Positions 39,979-49,688 of a DNA stretch of 64,000 nucleotides are shown here, piece after piece; positions within the stretch are counted from its first letter, which is position 1, and every line of letters starts with the position of its first letter. A program made the position numbers and the translations under genes. The stretch is from Nostoc sp. DedSLP01 (GTDB lineage: Bacteria > Cyanobacteriota > Cyanobacteriia > Cyanobacteriales > Nostocaceae), in NCBI GenBank assembly GCA_034530875.2, contig JAVRCJ020000011.1:96001-160000 (forward strand). The letters are read 5' to 3'. Under the pieces are notes generated by a model. That model had not been told where the DNA came from. It made no database searches and saw nothing but the letters and a program-made list of their open reading frames with translations.

Positions 39979-41841
39979 CTAAATGGCTTGCAAATTAGTT
40001 GTTTGCAGATTAGTTGTTTGCAAATTATAAGAATTTAATTCTCTAAGCATTTCCTCAGCAGCCCTAAAGCTCAGGGCAGCAATGGTCAATGTTGTATTTG
40101 AACTGCCTATGGTTGGCATACTTCCTGCACCAACGAGGAAAAGATTTTGATGCTCCCAACAACGTAGATAACTATCAACAACTGAAGTGGATGGGGTAGC
40201 TCCCATGATATGAGTTCCCGAAAAGTGGTTCCCACCTTTGTATACGTAACCTTCACCTTCAAACTCAAAGTAGGCGGGGTCTTGAGGATCGTAGTGGGTA
40301 AAATCTTCTGCTCCTAAACGTTGGAAGATGACACGAGAGACTTTTCTGGTGTAGGCAAGGGTTCTGCGGCTGTAGTCGGGTAGGTTGAAGTTAATGACGG
40401 GGCGATAATTATCGAGTTTATCTTTGTACCTTGGATCGATGGTTACTCGGTTACCGTATTCGGGGAGTAATTCACACATGAAAGCCAATAGCAGTTGGCG
40501 GGAAATCCGACTAATCAATGTCTGGCGGAGTTCTTGACCGTATTTGTTTTTGTTGTCGATCGCATCTTCGACTTCACCCTTGGGCGATCCTGTTGCCCAT
40601 CCCCAACCATCATTGTGAATATCTACGGCGAAGGCAGATTGTTTTGCACGAAAATCGCCTTTACGGAATGTTCCGATACCTGATGTCACCAGAGGCCCCC
40701 GCATAGTACCGGTCACTTCCGGCATCAAAGCCCAAGCTAAGGTAAAAGGGTGATCCATTAAATGTCGCCCTATCATTGTGCTGGTATTAGGTAACTCAGA
40801 ACCGAGCAATAGCCGAGCGTTTTCGACTGCATTAGTCCCTAAGACAAATAATGTTCCTCTAGCGATTCCTGTAGTGTACTTACTAGAATCGGGGCTTTCA
40901 TAACGCTTAAAGTGAATTCCAGTGACCTGACCATTTTCGCGATTATATTCCACCCGATAAGCAACCGCTTGATAGAGTACATGAACCCGACCGGTTGCAA
41001 AGGCTTTACCTAAAGTTCTGCGCGCATCATATTTTGCTTGAACCGGACAGATAGGAACACAGTTAGCGTTTCCTTGGCAACGTTCTCCATACTGAACCGA
41101 AGGAACACTGGTTACTCCATCAGGAACGAAGCGGTTACCATCATCGTATTTAGGATTGGGTACTCCATTACGAGCTTGAGGAAAAGTAGAGAAGTTGATT
41201 GTATGGGTCTTCCCATATAGTTCAACTGTAGTCCCTTCAACTTTCTCAATCACTTTCTGGTCTAAGTAAGAGGGAGGCAGTTTTTCCATCGGGAAAACAT
41301 AACCATCTGGAAATTCGATGCCTAATTTTTTTTGCTCTTCAACGTCCCCACAAACCCCCAATTCGTGTTCGGCTTTGCGGTAGTAAGGCTCAAGGTCTTT
41401 ATATTCAATCGGCCAATCCAGACCTTGGCCGTAGTTACTTAATAACTTAAAATCTTCCGGTAACATCCGTGGGGTTTTTGCTTCCCAGTGCATCGTTGTG
41501 CCGCCCAGAACCCTTGTATAGGAACCGGAAAGAGGCATGGGGCCTAGCTCTATAAAATAGTCTTTAAAATCGGTAGGGCTTTGAACGTTGGGGTTAGCAG
41601 GATAGGGTGAGTTAGGATTTTTCTCTACTGCTTTGTAGAAGGTCTCGACATAACTTTGAAAGCCGGCAAGGGTAAAATCTTTTTCTACCGTAGCTTCCAG
41701 AATTAAAACCCTCTTGCCCTGTTGACTTAATTCTTTGGCAACAATGGCTCCAGCTACCCCCGTTCCTACAATGACGGCATCATACAAATTTTTAGAGGCA
41801 GTCTCAGAATCGACACTTACAATTGTGTGATTTAGGCTCAT
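39979..41841 (-). CDS. GMC oxidoreductase (FAD sugar dehydrogenase large subunit with Fe-S Cys motif)
   Basis: IVGTGVAG, GGTTMHW, CQGNANCVPICP, GRHLMDH, NHFSGTHIMG, NTTLTIAAL. Confidence 0.92.
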   Translation of the reverse strand: MSLNHTIVSVDSETASKNLYDAVIVGTGVAGAIVAKELSQQGKRVLILEATVEKDFTLAGFQSYVETFYKAVEKNPNSPYPANPNVQSPTDFKDYFIELGPMPLSGSYTRVLGGTTMHWEAKTPRMLPEDFKLLSNYGQGLDWPIEYKDLEPYYRKAEHELGVCGDVEEQKKLGIEFPDGYVFPMEKLPPSYLDQKVIEKVEGTTVELYGKTHTINFSTFPQARNGVPNPKYDDGNRFVPDGVTSVPSVQYGERCQGNANCVPICPVQAKYDARRTLGKAFATGRVHVLYQAVAYRVEYNRENGQVTGIHFKRYESPDSSKYTTGIARGTLFVLGTNAVENARLLLGSELPNTSTMIGRHLMDHPFTLAWALMPEVTGTMRGPLVTSGIGTFRKGDFRAKQSAFAVDIHNDGWGWATGSPKGEVEDAIDNKNKYGQELRQTLISRISRQLLLAFMCELLPEYGNRVTIDPRYKDKLDNYRPVINFNLPDYSRRTLAYTRKVSRVIFQRLGAEDFTHYDPQDPAYFEFEGEGYVYKGGNHFSGTHIMGATPSTSVVDSYLRCWEHQNLFLVGAGSMPTIGSSNTTLTIAALSFRAAEEMLRELNSYNLQTTNLQTTNLQAI

Positions 41842-42716
41842 CGATTACTCCTTAAAAGTTACTCTTTGACGCGAATCTATTTGGTTAAATGTATCTCTAG
41901 ATAGGGAGAGGAGTTTTGCTTGAGCAATATCATTATTTAAAGCTGGCTCGATCGCGGATCTACACTGACGAACTTCTTTTAGCGCTGCAAGCAACTTCTT
42001 GAATAAAAGTCCGTAAGTCTATACTTGTCATAAAGTTTAGTAAGACTCTCGCGTACTAACTCTAATTCCACTAAATAGGAAGATAGCAGAGCAAATTTAT
42101 CTTGCCAAAATGAAGATGATTTTAGTAGTCAAGTTCTGGATTTGTAGATGAATTGTGTCTTTTGTTTACAAACTTTGTAATTTATGTCTTTGAAAACGAC
42201 ATTTATTATCATCACCGTAAATATCCGGTTGTCCATCAGTAATTCTACGTAAATAGGCGTGGAATATACGCATAGCTGCCGTGTCTTTCTTTGTTAATGC
42301 TTTTCAGACAAAGGTTAACGCTATTGTTAATTTTTCCTTAGGATATAAAAGTCTAAGTTTAGATAAATTCTTATAAAATTTATAACTTTTACTTGTAATC
42401 AGCCTCTAACACTGGTAGTAAACGAATTTTTACATAAGTGTTTTTTTAAATAAATTTGTCTTAGCATATCCGAGATTAGCTTTAGGTAATCTTTATATTA
42501 AGTCTGGTTAAATAGCGTTGAAGAAAAAAAGAAATGTGCATCGATCGCTATGACTTAGCAATACCGAAACTTGTAAAAGACGTGTCTGAAATATTAAATT
42601 ATTACAAAAAAAATCGGTAAAAGCTTAATTATGTGTGTGGCGTTTTTCTATATATTTTGATTATTGCGATCGCTACTAGCATCCTAACTTATCTGGGGAT
42701 CGCTATAAAATCTAAG

Positions 42717-43265
42717 TTAATTGGCTTGCCTCCATTCACGCTCAAGAATTGCATATAGCCAAGAGTCTCTCCATTCTCCTTTAATGCAATGGTGTTCTCG
42801 TAAATATCCTTCTTGTTGCATTCCAACTTTTTGCATTACTCTTGCTGAAGCAATGTTTGCTGGGTGACAAGTTGCAAAGATGCGATGTAAGCCTAATTCC
42901 TGAAACCCAAAGCATATAATCTCTCTGACGGCTTCAGTTGCATATCCTTGCCCCCAAAATTGCTTTGCCAAACAATAGCCAATGGAGGCTGTTTTGTTAA
43001 CAGTGTCTAAAGTCGAAATTCGACAAATACCGATTAATTGCTTTTGAGCTTTTAAAGTCACTGCCAAAGCAAAATGCTGACGGGTTTCCTGTCTTTGTAA
43101 TGAAATCTCTCTTTGCAAAAAATTCCTCGTATCTGCTTCGCTATTAGGCCCAAAAGTCAAATAACGTACAACCTCAGCATCGCCAGCGTATTCATGAACC
43201 GCCAGCCAATCTGATTCTACGAAGTCTCGCAGTATCAAACGTTCGGTTTGTAAGGGTAACTTCAT
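42717..43265 (-). CDS. GNAT (RimJ/RimL) N-acetyltransferase
   Basis: LQTERLILR, WGQGYATEA, NIASARVMQKVGM..EG. Confidence 0.92.
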   Translation of the reverse strand: MKLPLQTERLILRDFVESDWLAVHEYAGDAEVVRYLTFGPNSEADTRNFLQREISLQRQETRQHFALAVTLKAQKQLIGICRISTLDTVNKTASIGYCLAKQFWGQGYATEAVREIICFGFQELGLHRIFATCHPANIASARVMQKVGMQQEGYLREHHCIKGEWRDSWLYAILEREWRQAN

Positions 43266-44617
43266 TTGGCATATTCTGCACGTAAGTGATTCACAACCCG
43301 ATCTAATCCTACTGAATGGGCGGCTTTGAACAGTAAGCGATCGCCTGTTTGCATAAATGTCTTTAACCTGGACGTTAATTCCTCATGAGTTGCAAAGCAC
43401 TCCGATGGAATACCTGCGGCACTTTTAGCAATGGCTTCGGCGTCTTCTCCATCTACTAATACTAACAAGCCGTCTAAGTTCAACTTTCGCACTGTTTCTC
43501 CGACTCGCTGGTGCAACTGCTGCGATCGCTCTCCTAATTCTTTCATTGCACCCAACACGGCAATTTTCCGCTTTCCTGGCGTATCTGCCAATAATTGCAA
43601 TGCTGCTAACATCGCTTCTGGTGCAGCATTATATGTCTCATCTAAAATTACCACATCATTGGGTAAATTAAATCGCTGCGATCGCCCTTTAGGCATATCC
43701 ACTTCCACACCTGCTTGCAGGCTGGCCCAATCTATTCCCAAGACTTTTGCTACTGCTAAAGCCGCTAAGAAATTAGTCGCATTGTGACGGCCGGGTAACG
43801 GTAATGGCAGCCGCATTCCGGCAACTTCTACAGTTTCGTTATCAATCAAATTTCCTGAGATATCGCCGCCAGAAAAGCCGTAAGTCAGAACTTCTCCCGT
43901 CCAAACTTTCGCCGCCGTCGCCATTAATAGCGGATTGTCATGATTGAGAACCGCCACACTATCAGTAGGCATTTCGGCTAATAACTCACATTTTGCCTCG
44001 GCAATGGCTTCTTCGGAACCGAGTAATTCAATATGTGCGGTTCCCACATTGGTAATTACCCCGACAGTAGGACGCACTATTTGTGTCAGTTCGGCAATTT
44101 GTCCCCTACCCCGCATTGCCATTTCAATTACAGCGTAGTCATGTTCTGTACCTAGTTCGAGGAGAGTTTTCGGAACGCCGATTTCGTTATTAAAATTGCC
44201 ATAAGTTTTGTGAACCGATCCTTTTGTCCGTAAAACTGCGGCAATTAATTCTTTAGTAGTAGTTTTACCTACGGAACCTGTGACGCCAATTACAGGAATA
44301 TCAAAGCGATCGCGCCACCAGCGGCCAATTTGCTGATATGCTTTGAGAGTATCTTTTACTTGCAATACCGGAAATCCCGGATTTTCATACTCAAAATCTA
44401 CAATTGCGGCGATCGCACCCTTAGAGATAGCTGTTGGCACAAATTCATGTCCATCAAATTTATCGCCTCGTAAAGCCACAAATACTTCACCCGGCTTGAG
44501 AATACGAGTATCTGTTTGTATACCGCTACTTACTTGTGTTAAATCAGTGTTACCTAAGTTTACGGCACGAGCCAAAAGAACTTTAATTAGTTGAGTAAGG
44601 GTGGCAGAACAAGGCAT
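43262..44617 (-). CDS. murF: UDP-N-acetylmuramoyl-tripeptide--D-alanyl-D-alanine ligase
   Basis: GVTGSVGKTTTKE, NFNNEIGVP, DETYNAAPE, LGAMKELG. Confidence 0.95.
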   Translation of the reverse strand: MPCSATLTQLIKVLLARAVNLGNTDLTQVSSGIQTDTRILKPGEVFVALRGDKFDGHEFVPTAISKGAIAAIVDFEYENPGFPVLQVKDTLKAYQQIGRWWRDRFDIPVIGVTGSVGKTTTKELIAAVLRTKGSVHKTYGNFNNEIGVPKTLLELGTEHDYAVIEMAMRGRGQIAELTQIVRPTVGVITNVGTAHIELLGSEEAIAEAKCELLAEMPTDSVAVLNHDNPLLMATAAKVWTGEVLTYGFSGGDISGNLIDNETVEVAGMRLPLPLPGRHNATNFLAALAVAKVLGIDWASLQAGVEVDMPKGRSQRFNLPNDVVILDETYNAAPEAMLAALQLLADTPGKRKIAVLGAMKELGERSQQLHQRVGETVRKLNLDGLLVLVDGEDAEAIAKSAAGIPSECFATHEELTSRLKTFMQTGDRLLFKAAHSVGLDRVVNHLRAEYAK

Positions 44618-44743
44618 AAATACAGAGTTCAAAATTATAAAATCGAATTATGACACAATCCAGTTAATACCGCTTCTGGTTTACAGTAATTTTCAGCTAA
44701 GCTGTTGACGGTTGACAGTCAACATTTATATGTGAGGATAAAA

Positions 44744-45223
44744 ATGGCTGAAGATATTAGTCAAACAACAGCTTTAACACAACAGTGGTTGGCAGAAATT
44801 CAGACACTCAAACAGCAGATAGTGGAACTTCAACAAGAACGCGATGCTGGTTGGGAAAGTGCCCAAAAATGGCGTCAGCTATATAATACAGAAGCAGAAC
44901 AACGACGCACAGATGCTCAATTATCCCAACAAGCGATCGCATCTCTCAAGGCCGATTTGCATAAACTCCAAGGTCTAGAGACAGAAACCTTGGCTGTCGC
45001 ACCAGCCACAGCCATCCAAGAAGAAATAGAACAATTACAATCTGTCGAAGAATTGCAAGCCAAATTAATCGCTGCTATCAAAGAACGCGATCGCCTTTTG
45101 CAAGCCTTAAAAACCGAACAAGACAACCACGCTCAAACCCGTAAAAGCCTTACTACTGCCTTAGGTGATGCGATCGATAGCTTAACACAGGAACGAGCAG
45201 CCAGAGCAGGGGAGACAAAGTAG
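44744..45223 (+). CDS. Conserved coiled-coil hypothetical protein
   Basis: Heptad-rich, WRQLYNTEAEQRR, HAQTRKSLTTALGD; GAGGA RBS before ATG 44744. Confidence 0.8.
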   Translation: MAEDISQTTALTQQWLAEIQTLKQQIVELQQERDAGWESAQKWRQLYNTEAEQRRTDAQLSQQAIASLKADLHKLQGLETETLAVAPATAIQEEIEQLQSVEELQAKLIAAIKERDRLLQALKTEQDNHAQTRKSLTTALGDAIDSLTQERAARAGETK

Positions 45224-45349
45224 CATAACTAATACATACAATAAGACTTCTATTTATTTAGACCACATACTCATATTCCTCTCTGCGACTCTGCGCCTCT
45301 GCGCGAGCAAAAACTGCCCGAATATCGGGTATTTTGGAGTCGGAAATAT

Positions 45350-46471
45350 TTAGCTTAACTGACTGCGAAACTTATTAATACTAATAGTTAATAAAACAAC
45401 AGCAAAGGCAACTAACGCCAAAACATTCATCCAAAGTACATCTAAGCCGACACCTTTGAGCAAAATACCGCGAACGATCGCAATATAGTGGCGTAGGGGA
45501 TTGAGTAAGGAAAGAACTTGAAACAAAGGAGGCATAGCTTCAATGGGTGCGATCGCTCCAGAAGTTTGTACCATTGGTAAATTAATAAAGAAGGATGTCA
45601 GGACTACCTGTTGTTGCGAACTACTCACTGTCGCTAACATAATACCCAAGCTAATCCCGACAAATACATACATACTTGATAGGGTCAAAAATAGTAGAAA
45701 ACTACCCCGAAATGGTACGTGAAATACTACTGTTGCTAATGTAATAGCTAGTAAGACATCTCCCATTAATAAAAATGTTAAAGGAAGAATTTTTGATAAT
45801 AATATCTGCCAGTTAGCAGCCGGAGTCATTAATAATTGTTCTAAAGTACCCGTATCTTTTTCCCTAACAACGGTAATTGCTGATACTAACGTGCCAATTA
45901 ATGTTAAAACTAAACCCATAACTCCCGGTACAAAAAACCAACTACTAGTTAATCCGGGGTTGTAAAGAAACACAACTTCCGGCAACACTGGCGGATTTGT
46001 TTGACCTTGGGTTAATTGCAGATTATATTTTTGGATAATTTGATTCATATAATTGCTTGCAATTCCCGCTGTATTAGCATTTACAGCATCGATAAATACT
46101 TGAATTTCTGCTGATTTTTGTGCTAATTGGCGGGGAAAATTAGGAGGAATAATCACTCCGACATCTAGCTTACCTTCTTCTACTTCACGGCTCAGTATTT
46201 CTTCACTATTTGGTACAGATTCTAAGGTAAAAATTCGATTTGATGTCATGGCTGAAACTAACTCCCGGCTTTCACTGACGTTGGCATAGTCAATCACGCC
46301 TAATCTCAAGTTATGTACATCAGGATTGAGGATAAAGCCATACAATAATAATTGAACTGTCGGCGGTACAATTAATAAAACGATTAGTTGTTTGTTACGC
46401 AAAATTTGATTAATTTCTTTCCGTACTAATGCCCAAAATGGACTGTCAAATAATCGCTGAATGAGTTTCAT
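45350..46471 (-). CDS. ABC-2 transporter permease (YbhR-like)
   Basis: LYNPGL, VREKDTGTLEQLLMTP. Confidence 0.92.
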   Translation of the reverse strand: MKLIQRLFDSPFWALVRKEINQILRNKQLIVLLIVPPTVQLLLYGFILNPDVHNLRLGVIDYANVSESRELVSAMTSNRIFTLESVPNSEEILSREVEEGKLDVGVIIPPNFPRQLAQKSAEIQVFIDAVNANTAGIASNYMNQIIQKYNLQLTQGQTNPPVLPEVVFLYNPGLTSSWFFVPGVMGLVLTLIGTLVSAITVVREKDTGTLEQLLMTPAANWQILLSKILPLTFLLMGDVLLAITLATVVFHVPFRGSFLLFLTLSSMYVFVGISLGIMLATVSSSQQQVVLTSFFINLPMVQTSGAIAPIEAMPPLFQVLSLLNPLRHYIAIVRGILLKGVGLDVLWMNVLALVAFAVVLLTISINKFRSQLS

Positions 46472-46488
46472 AAATGAAAATTGAAGAT

Positions 46489-47595
46489 TTAATTAGGTAA
46501 TTGCATTCGGCTTAAGACTCGACGCGATACATTGAAAAAGAATAATCCCAAAACTGTCAGCATAATTAAATCAAACCAAACTCCTGCAAATCCTGTACCG
46601 CGTACAAAGGCATCACGAGTAATATCAATGTAATAACGCGCTGGAACTACGTTAGGCGCTAGCGATAGGGGAAAAGGAATATTGTTAAGGGGATAAATAA
46701 AACCTGAGAGTAATAATGATGTGATAAAACCTACGAGAGAAACACCTTGTACGGCTGCATTTTGGTTACTGCTACGAACTCCTAATAATAATCCGAAGAA
46801 AATGCTGTCTGCCAAAAATAGTAAAGTACCAAGTAGTAATGTTATAGGATTGCCGGCTATACCAACTTGGAAAATAATTGAGCCTAATCCCATAACTATT
46901 AAAGTCTCGGCAATGCCAATTAATAAATATGCCAATCCTTTTCCAAGCAGTAGTTCGGTAGCACTAATACTAGAAGCATAAACTTGTAAAATTGTACCTT
47001 TTTCTTTTTCTCGCACCATTGCGATCGCCGCTAATAATGAAGGAAAAATCCACAGTACAACCCCATACACTCCCGGCACAATATACAGCGATTCTAATCT
47101 CCCAGGATTGAACCATAAACGCATTCGTGCTGTAATTATATTCGTAGTAGGTAAGAGTCCATGCTCTTGCATGAAAAAATTTGTGACTCTTTGAATACTA
47201 TTTCTAATTACCCGAGCATTGTTAACATCAGTGGCATCGATTAATACTTGAACTTTTGTACTTCTACCTGCTTGAATGTCGCGGCTAAATTCTGTGGGAA
47301 TAATGACGGCAGCTTTGGCAATTCCCTTATCTATGGCATCGCGTGCGGGATTGATGCCAGACCATTGTTGAGGTAAAAACTGATTTGTGGCATACAATCT
47401 TTCGATGTAGCTATAACTTAAGTTTGTGCGATTAAAATCTTGGACTACGAGGGTAATATCTTTACTCTCTAATCTAATAGCAAAACCAAAGACGATGAGA
47501 GTGATAAACGGCAAGATAAATGCTAAGGCTAAGGTGAGGCGATCGCGGCGAAATTGGGCTATTTCTTTAATACATTGGCTCAAAATTCTTTTCAT
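46489..47595 (-). CDS. ABC-2 transporter permease (YbhS-like)
   Basis: KE..QFRRD, WFNPG, VREKEKGT. Confidence 0.92.
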   Translation of the reverse strand: MKRILSQCIKEIAQFRRDRLTLALAFILPFITLIVFGFAIRLESKDITLVVQDFNRTNLSYSYIERLYATNQFLPQQWSGINPARDAIDKGIAKAAVIIPTEFSRDIQAGRSTKVQVLIDATDVNNARVIRNSIQRVTNFFMQEHGLLPTTNIITARMRLWFNPGRLESLYIVPGVYGVVLWIFPSLLAAIAMVREKEKGTILQVYASSISATELLLGKGLAYLLIGIAETLIVMGLGSIIFQVGIAGNPITLLLGTLLFLADSIFFGLLLGVRSSNQNAAVQGVSLVGFITSLLLSGFIYPLNNIPFPLSLAPNVVPARYYIDITRDAFVRGTGFAGVWFDLIMLTVLGLFFFNVSRRVLSRMQLPN

Positions 47596-47666
47596 ATATG
47601 CTAATTTTTAAACGCAAAGTAACGCGGAGGTTGGCGCAGAGTAACGCGGAGGAGATTGGAGGATTA

Positions 47667-49640
47667 TTAGTGATTTACAAGATTGTTATCTGTTTGCGAT
47701 CGCTGTACTATACCAATAAAAGAATCTTCTAAAGAAAAGGGAATAGAACGTAGAGAATTGATGGTAATTTGATTGGCTGCTAAAATTTGAGTTAGTTGAT
47801 TGATTTCTAGTTCGGGATTATCTAGAACAATGTGTAAACTATCAGCAAAAATCGAGACGCGCCACGATTCAAAGTGTTGTTTGAGTATTTTAGAAGCAGC
47901 TTGATTTTGGTTGACGATAACTTCTATTAGTTTCCCTGGTTGTGAGGCTTTGATAGAACTTGGGGAACCTTCAGCGACGGTTTCCCCTGCAACCATGAAA
48001 CTCATACGGTTACACTGTTCGGCTTCTTCTAGATAGTGCGTTGTCACTAAAATAGCTGTACCGTTACGGGCGAAGTCATTAATCAGTTTCCAAAACTGGC
48101 GACGGGCTAAGGGATCTACCCCTGATGTTGGTTCATCTAAAAATAAAATATCTGGTTCGTGCATGACTGAAGCACCAAAGGCAACTCGTTGTTTCCAACC
48201 TCCGGGTAGCTGTCCGGCGACGGTATTTTCTTGTCCTTCTAAGCCACAGGTAGCAATTACCCAATTAATCTTTTCTCGTCGGAGTTTGCGAGGTACGCCG
48301 TAAACTCCGCTATAAAATTCTAAGTTTTGCAAAATGCTTAAATCGTCGTAGAGGGTGAATTTTTGACTCATGTAACCTATGCGCCGCCGTAAGTCTGCAC
48401 TCCGCAAATTCCCAGTTTCACCACCCAAAGAAATTTCCCCGCCGCTTGCTTCTAACAACCCGCATAACATCTTAATTGTGGTAGTTTTTCCCGCACCGTT
48501 AGCGCCTAATAACCCAAAAATTTCGCCATAACGCACTTCGACGTTAACATTTTTCACAGCTTGAAACTTGCCAAAAATACGGCTAAGGTTACAAGCCGAT
48601 ATCGCTAATGAAGATGTATCTATTCCCCCTTCCCAGCGTCCCCTCTTGCGAGAACGAGGAAATGGAAAAAATTGCGGTGCGGAACCCTGTTGTCGTAGGC
48701 GCGTGACAAAGACGTTTTCTAATGTAGGTTCGCCATGCTCGATACTAGGGGAGGATAAATTATTTTGTTGCAGTAATTTGCGGACTGCGGTTTCGCCGGA
48801 GTTGAAATCTGGAACCAGAACATCCAAGCGATCGCCAAAAGTTTGCACATCTACTATATTTGTCTGGTTAACCTGGGAAAGTATTTGTTCTGTGGTTTCT
48901 AAGTTTGCCGTTCGCACTTCTAAACGATGCAAGCCTAAGTTAGTCCGTAAGTCTGCTGGCGTACCGATTTCATGAATTTGGCCGCTGTACATTAAAGCCA
49001 CGCGATGACAGCGTTCGGCTTCGTCTAGGTATGGTGTGGCGACTACAATTGTCATGCCCTCGGCTGATAGTTCCGCTAGCACATCCCAAAATTCCCGCCG
49101 GGAAACAGGATCGACACCAGTGGTAGGTTCATCTAGTAACAATACTTCTGGTTGAGAAACTAACGCACAACACAGCGCCAGTTTTTGTTTCATCCCACCA
49201 GAAAGTTGTCCCGCTAAGCGATCGCCAAATCGCTCTAAATTCATTAATTTTAAATATTTCTGGCGGCGTTGCTGTAACAAATTTTCTGGTACTTGCCGTA
49301 AACCTGATGCATAACGCAAGTTTTCATCAATACTCAAATCCAAGTACAGCGAAAACTGCTGAGTGAGATATCCAGTCATTAATCGCGCATCTCGTGCGGG
49401 TCGATCGAAAATTTTCACTTCTCCCGCCGTTGCTTCCATCACACCACTCAAAATGTGAAAGGTACTAGTTTTCCCTGCACCATCAGGGCCAATTAATCCA
49501 AACAATTCGCCTTTGCGGACAGTGAAATCAATTCCCCTGACAGCAGCTAATTTCCCATAGTGCTTATGCAAACCGCGAACTTGAATTGCTGTGGTGGAAG
49601 TTGGGGATAAGTTTGCAGAGATTGTGAGTGGCTGTTTCAT
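47667..49640 (-). CDS. Dual-ATPase ABC transporter ATP-binding protein (YbhF-like)
   Basis: GPDGAGKT/LSGGMKQK and GANGAGKT/LPGGWKQR; two DEPT motifs. Confidence 0.94.
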   Translation of the reverse strand: MKQPLTISANLSPTSTTAIQVRGLHKHYGKLAAVRGIDFTVRKGELFGLIGPDGAGKTSTFHILSGVMEATAGEVKIFDRPARDARLMTGYLTQQFSLYLDLSIDENLRYASGLRQVPENLLQQRRQKYLKLMNLERFGDRLAGQLSGGMKQKLALCCALVSQPEVLLLDEPTTGVDPVSRREFWDVLAELSAEGMTIVVATPYLDEAERCHRVALMYSGQIHEIGTPADLRTNLGLHRLEVRTANLETTEQILSQVNQTNIVDVQTFGDRLDVLVPDFNSGETAVRKLLQQNNLSSPSIEHGEPTLENVFVTRLRQQGSAPQFFPFPRSRKRGRWEGGIDTSSLAISACNLSRIFGKFQAVKNVNVEVRYGEIFGLLGANGAGKTTTIKMLCGLLEASGGEISLGGETGNLRSADLRRRIGYMSQKFTLYDDLSILQNLEFYSGVYGVPRKLRREKINWVIATCGLEGQENTVAGQLPGGWKQRVAFGASVMHEPDILFLDEPTSGVDPLARRQFWKLINDFARNGTAILVTTHYLEEAEQCNRMSFMVAGETVAEGSPSSIKASQPGKLIEVIVNQNQAASKILKQHFESWRVSIFADSLHIVLDNPELEINQLTQILAANQITINSLRSIPFSLEDSFIGIVQRSQTDNNLVNH

Positions 49641-49688
49641 ATCTGAAAATTCTCACGTAGAGACGCACAAAGGTAAGAGTTTGACGAA

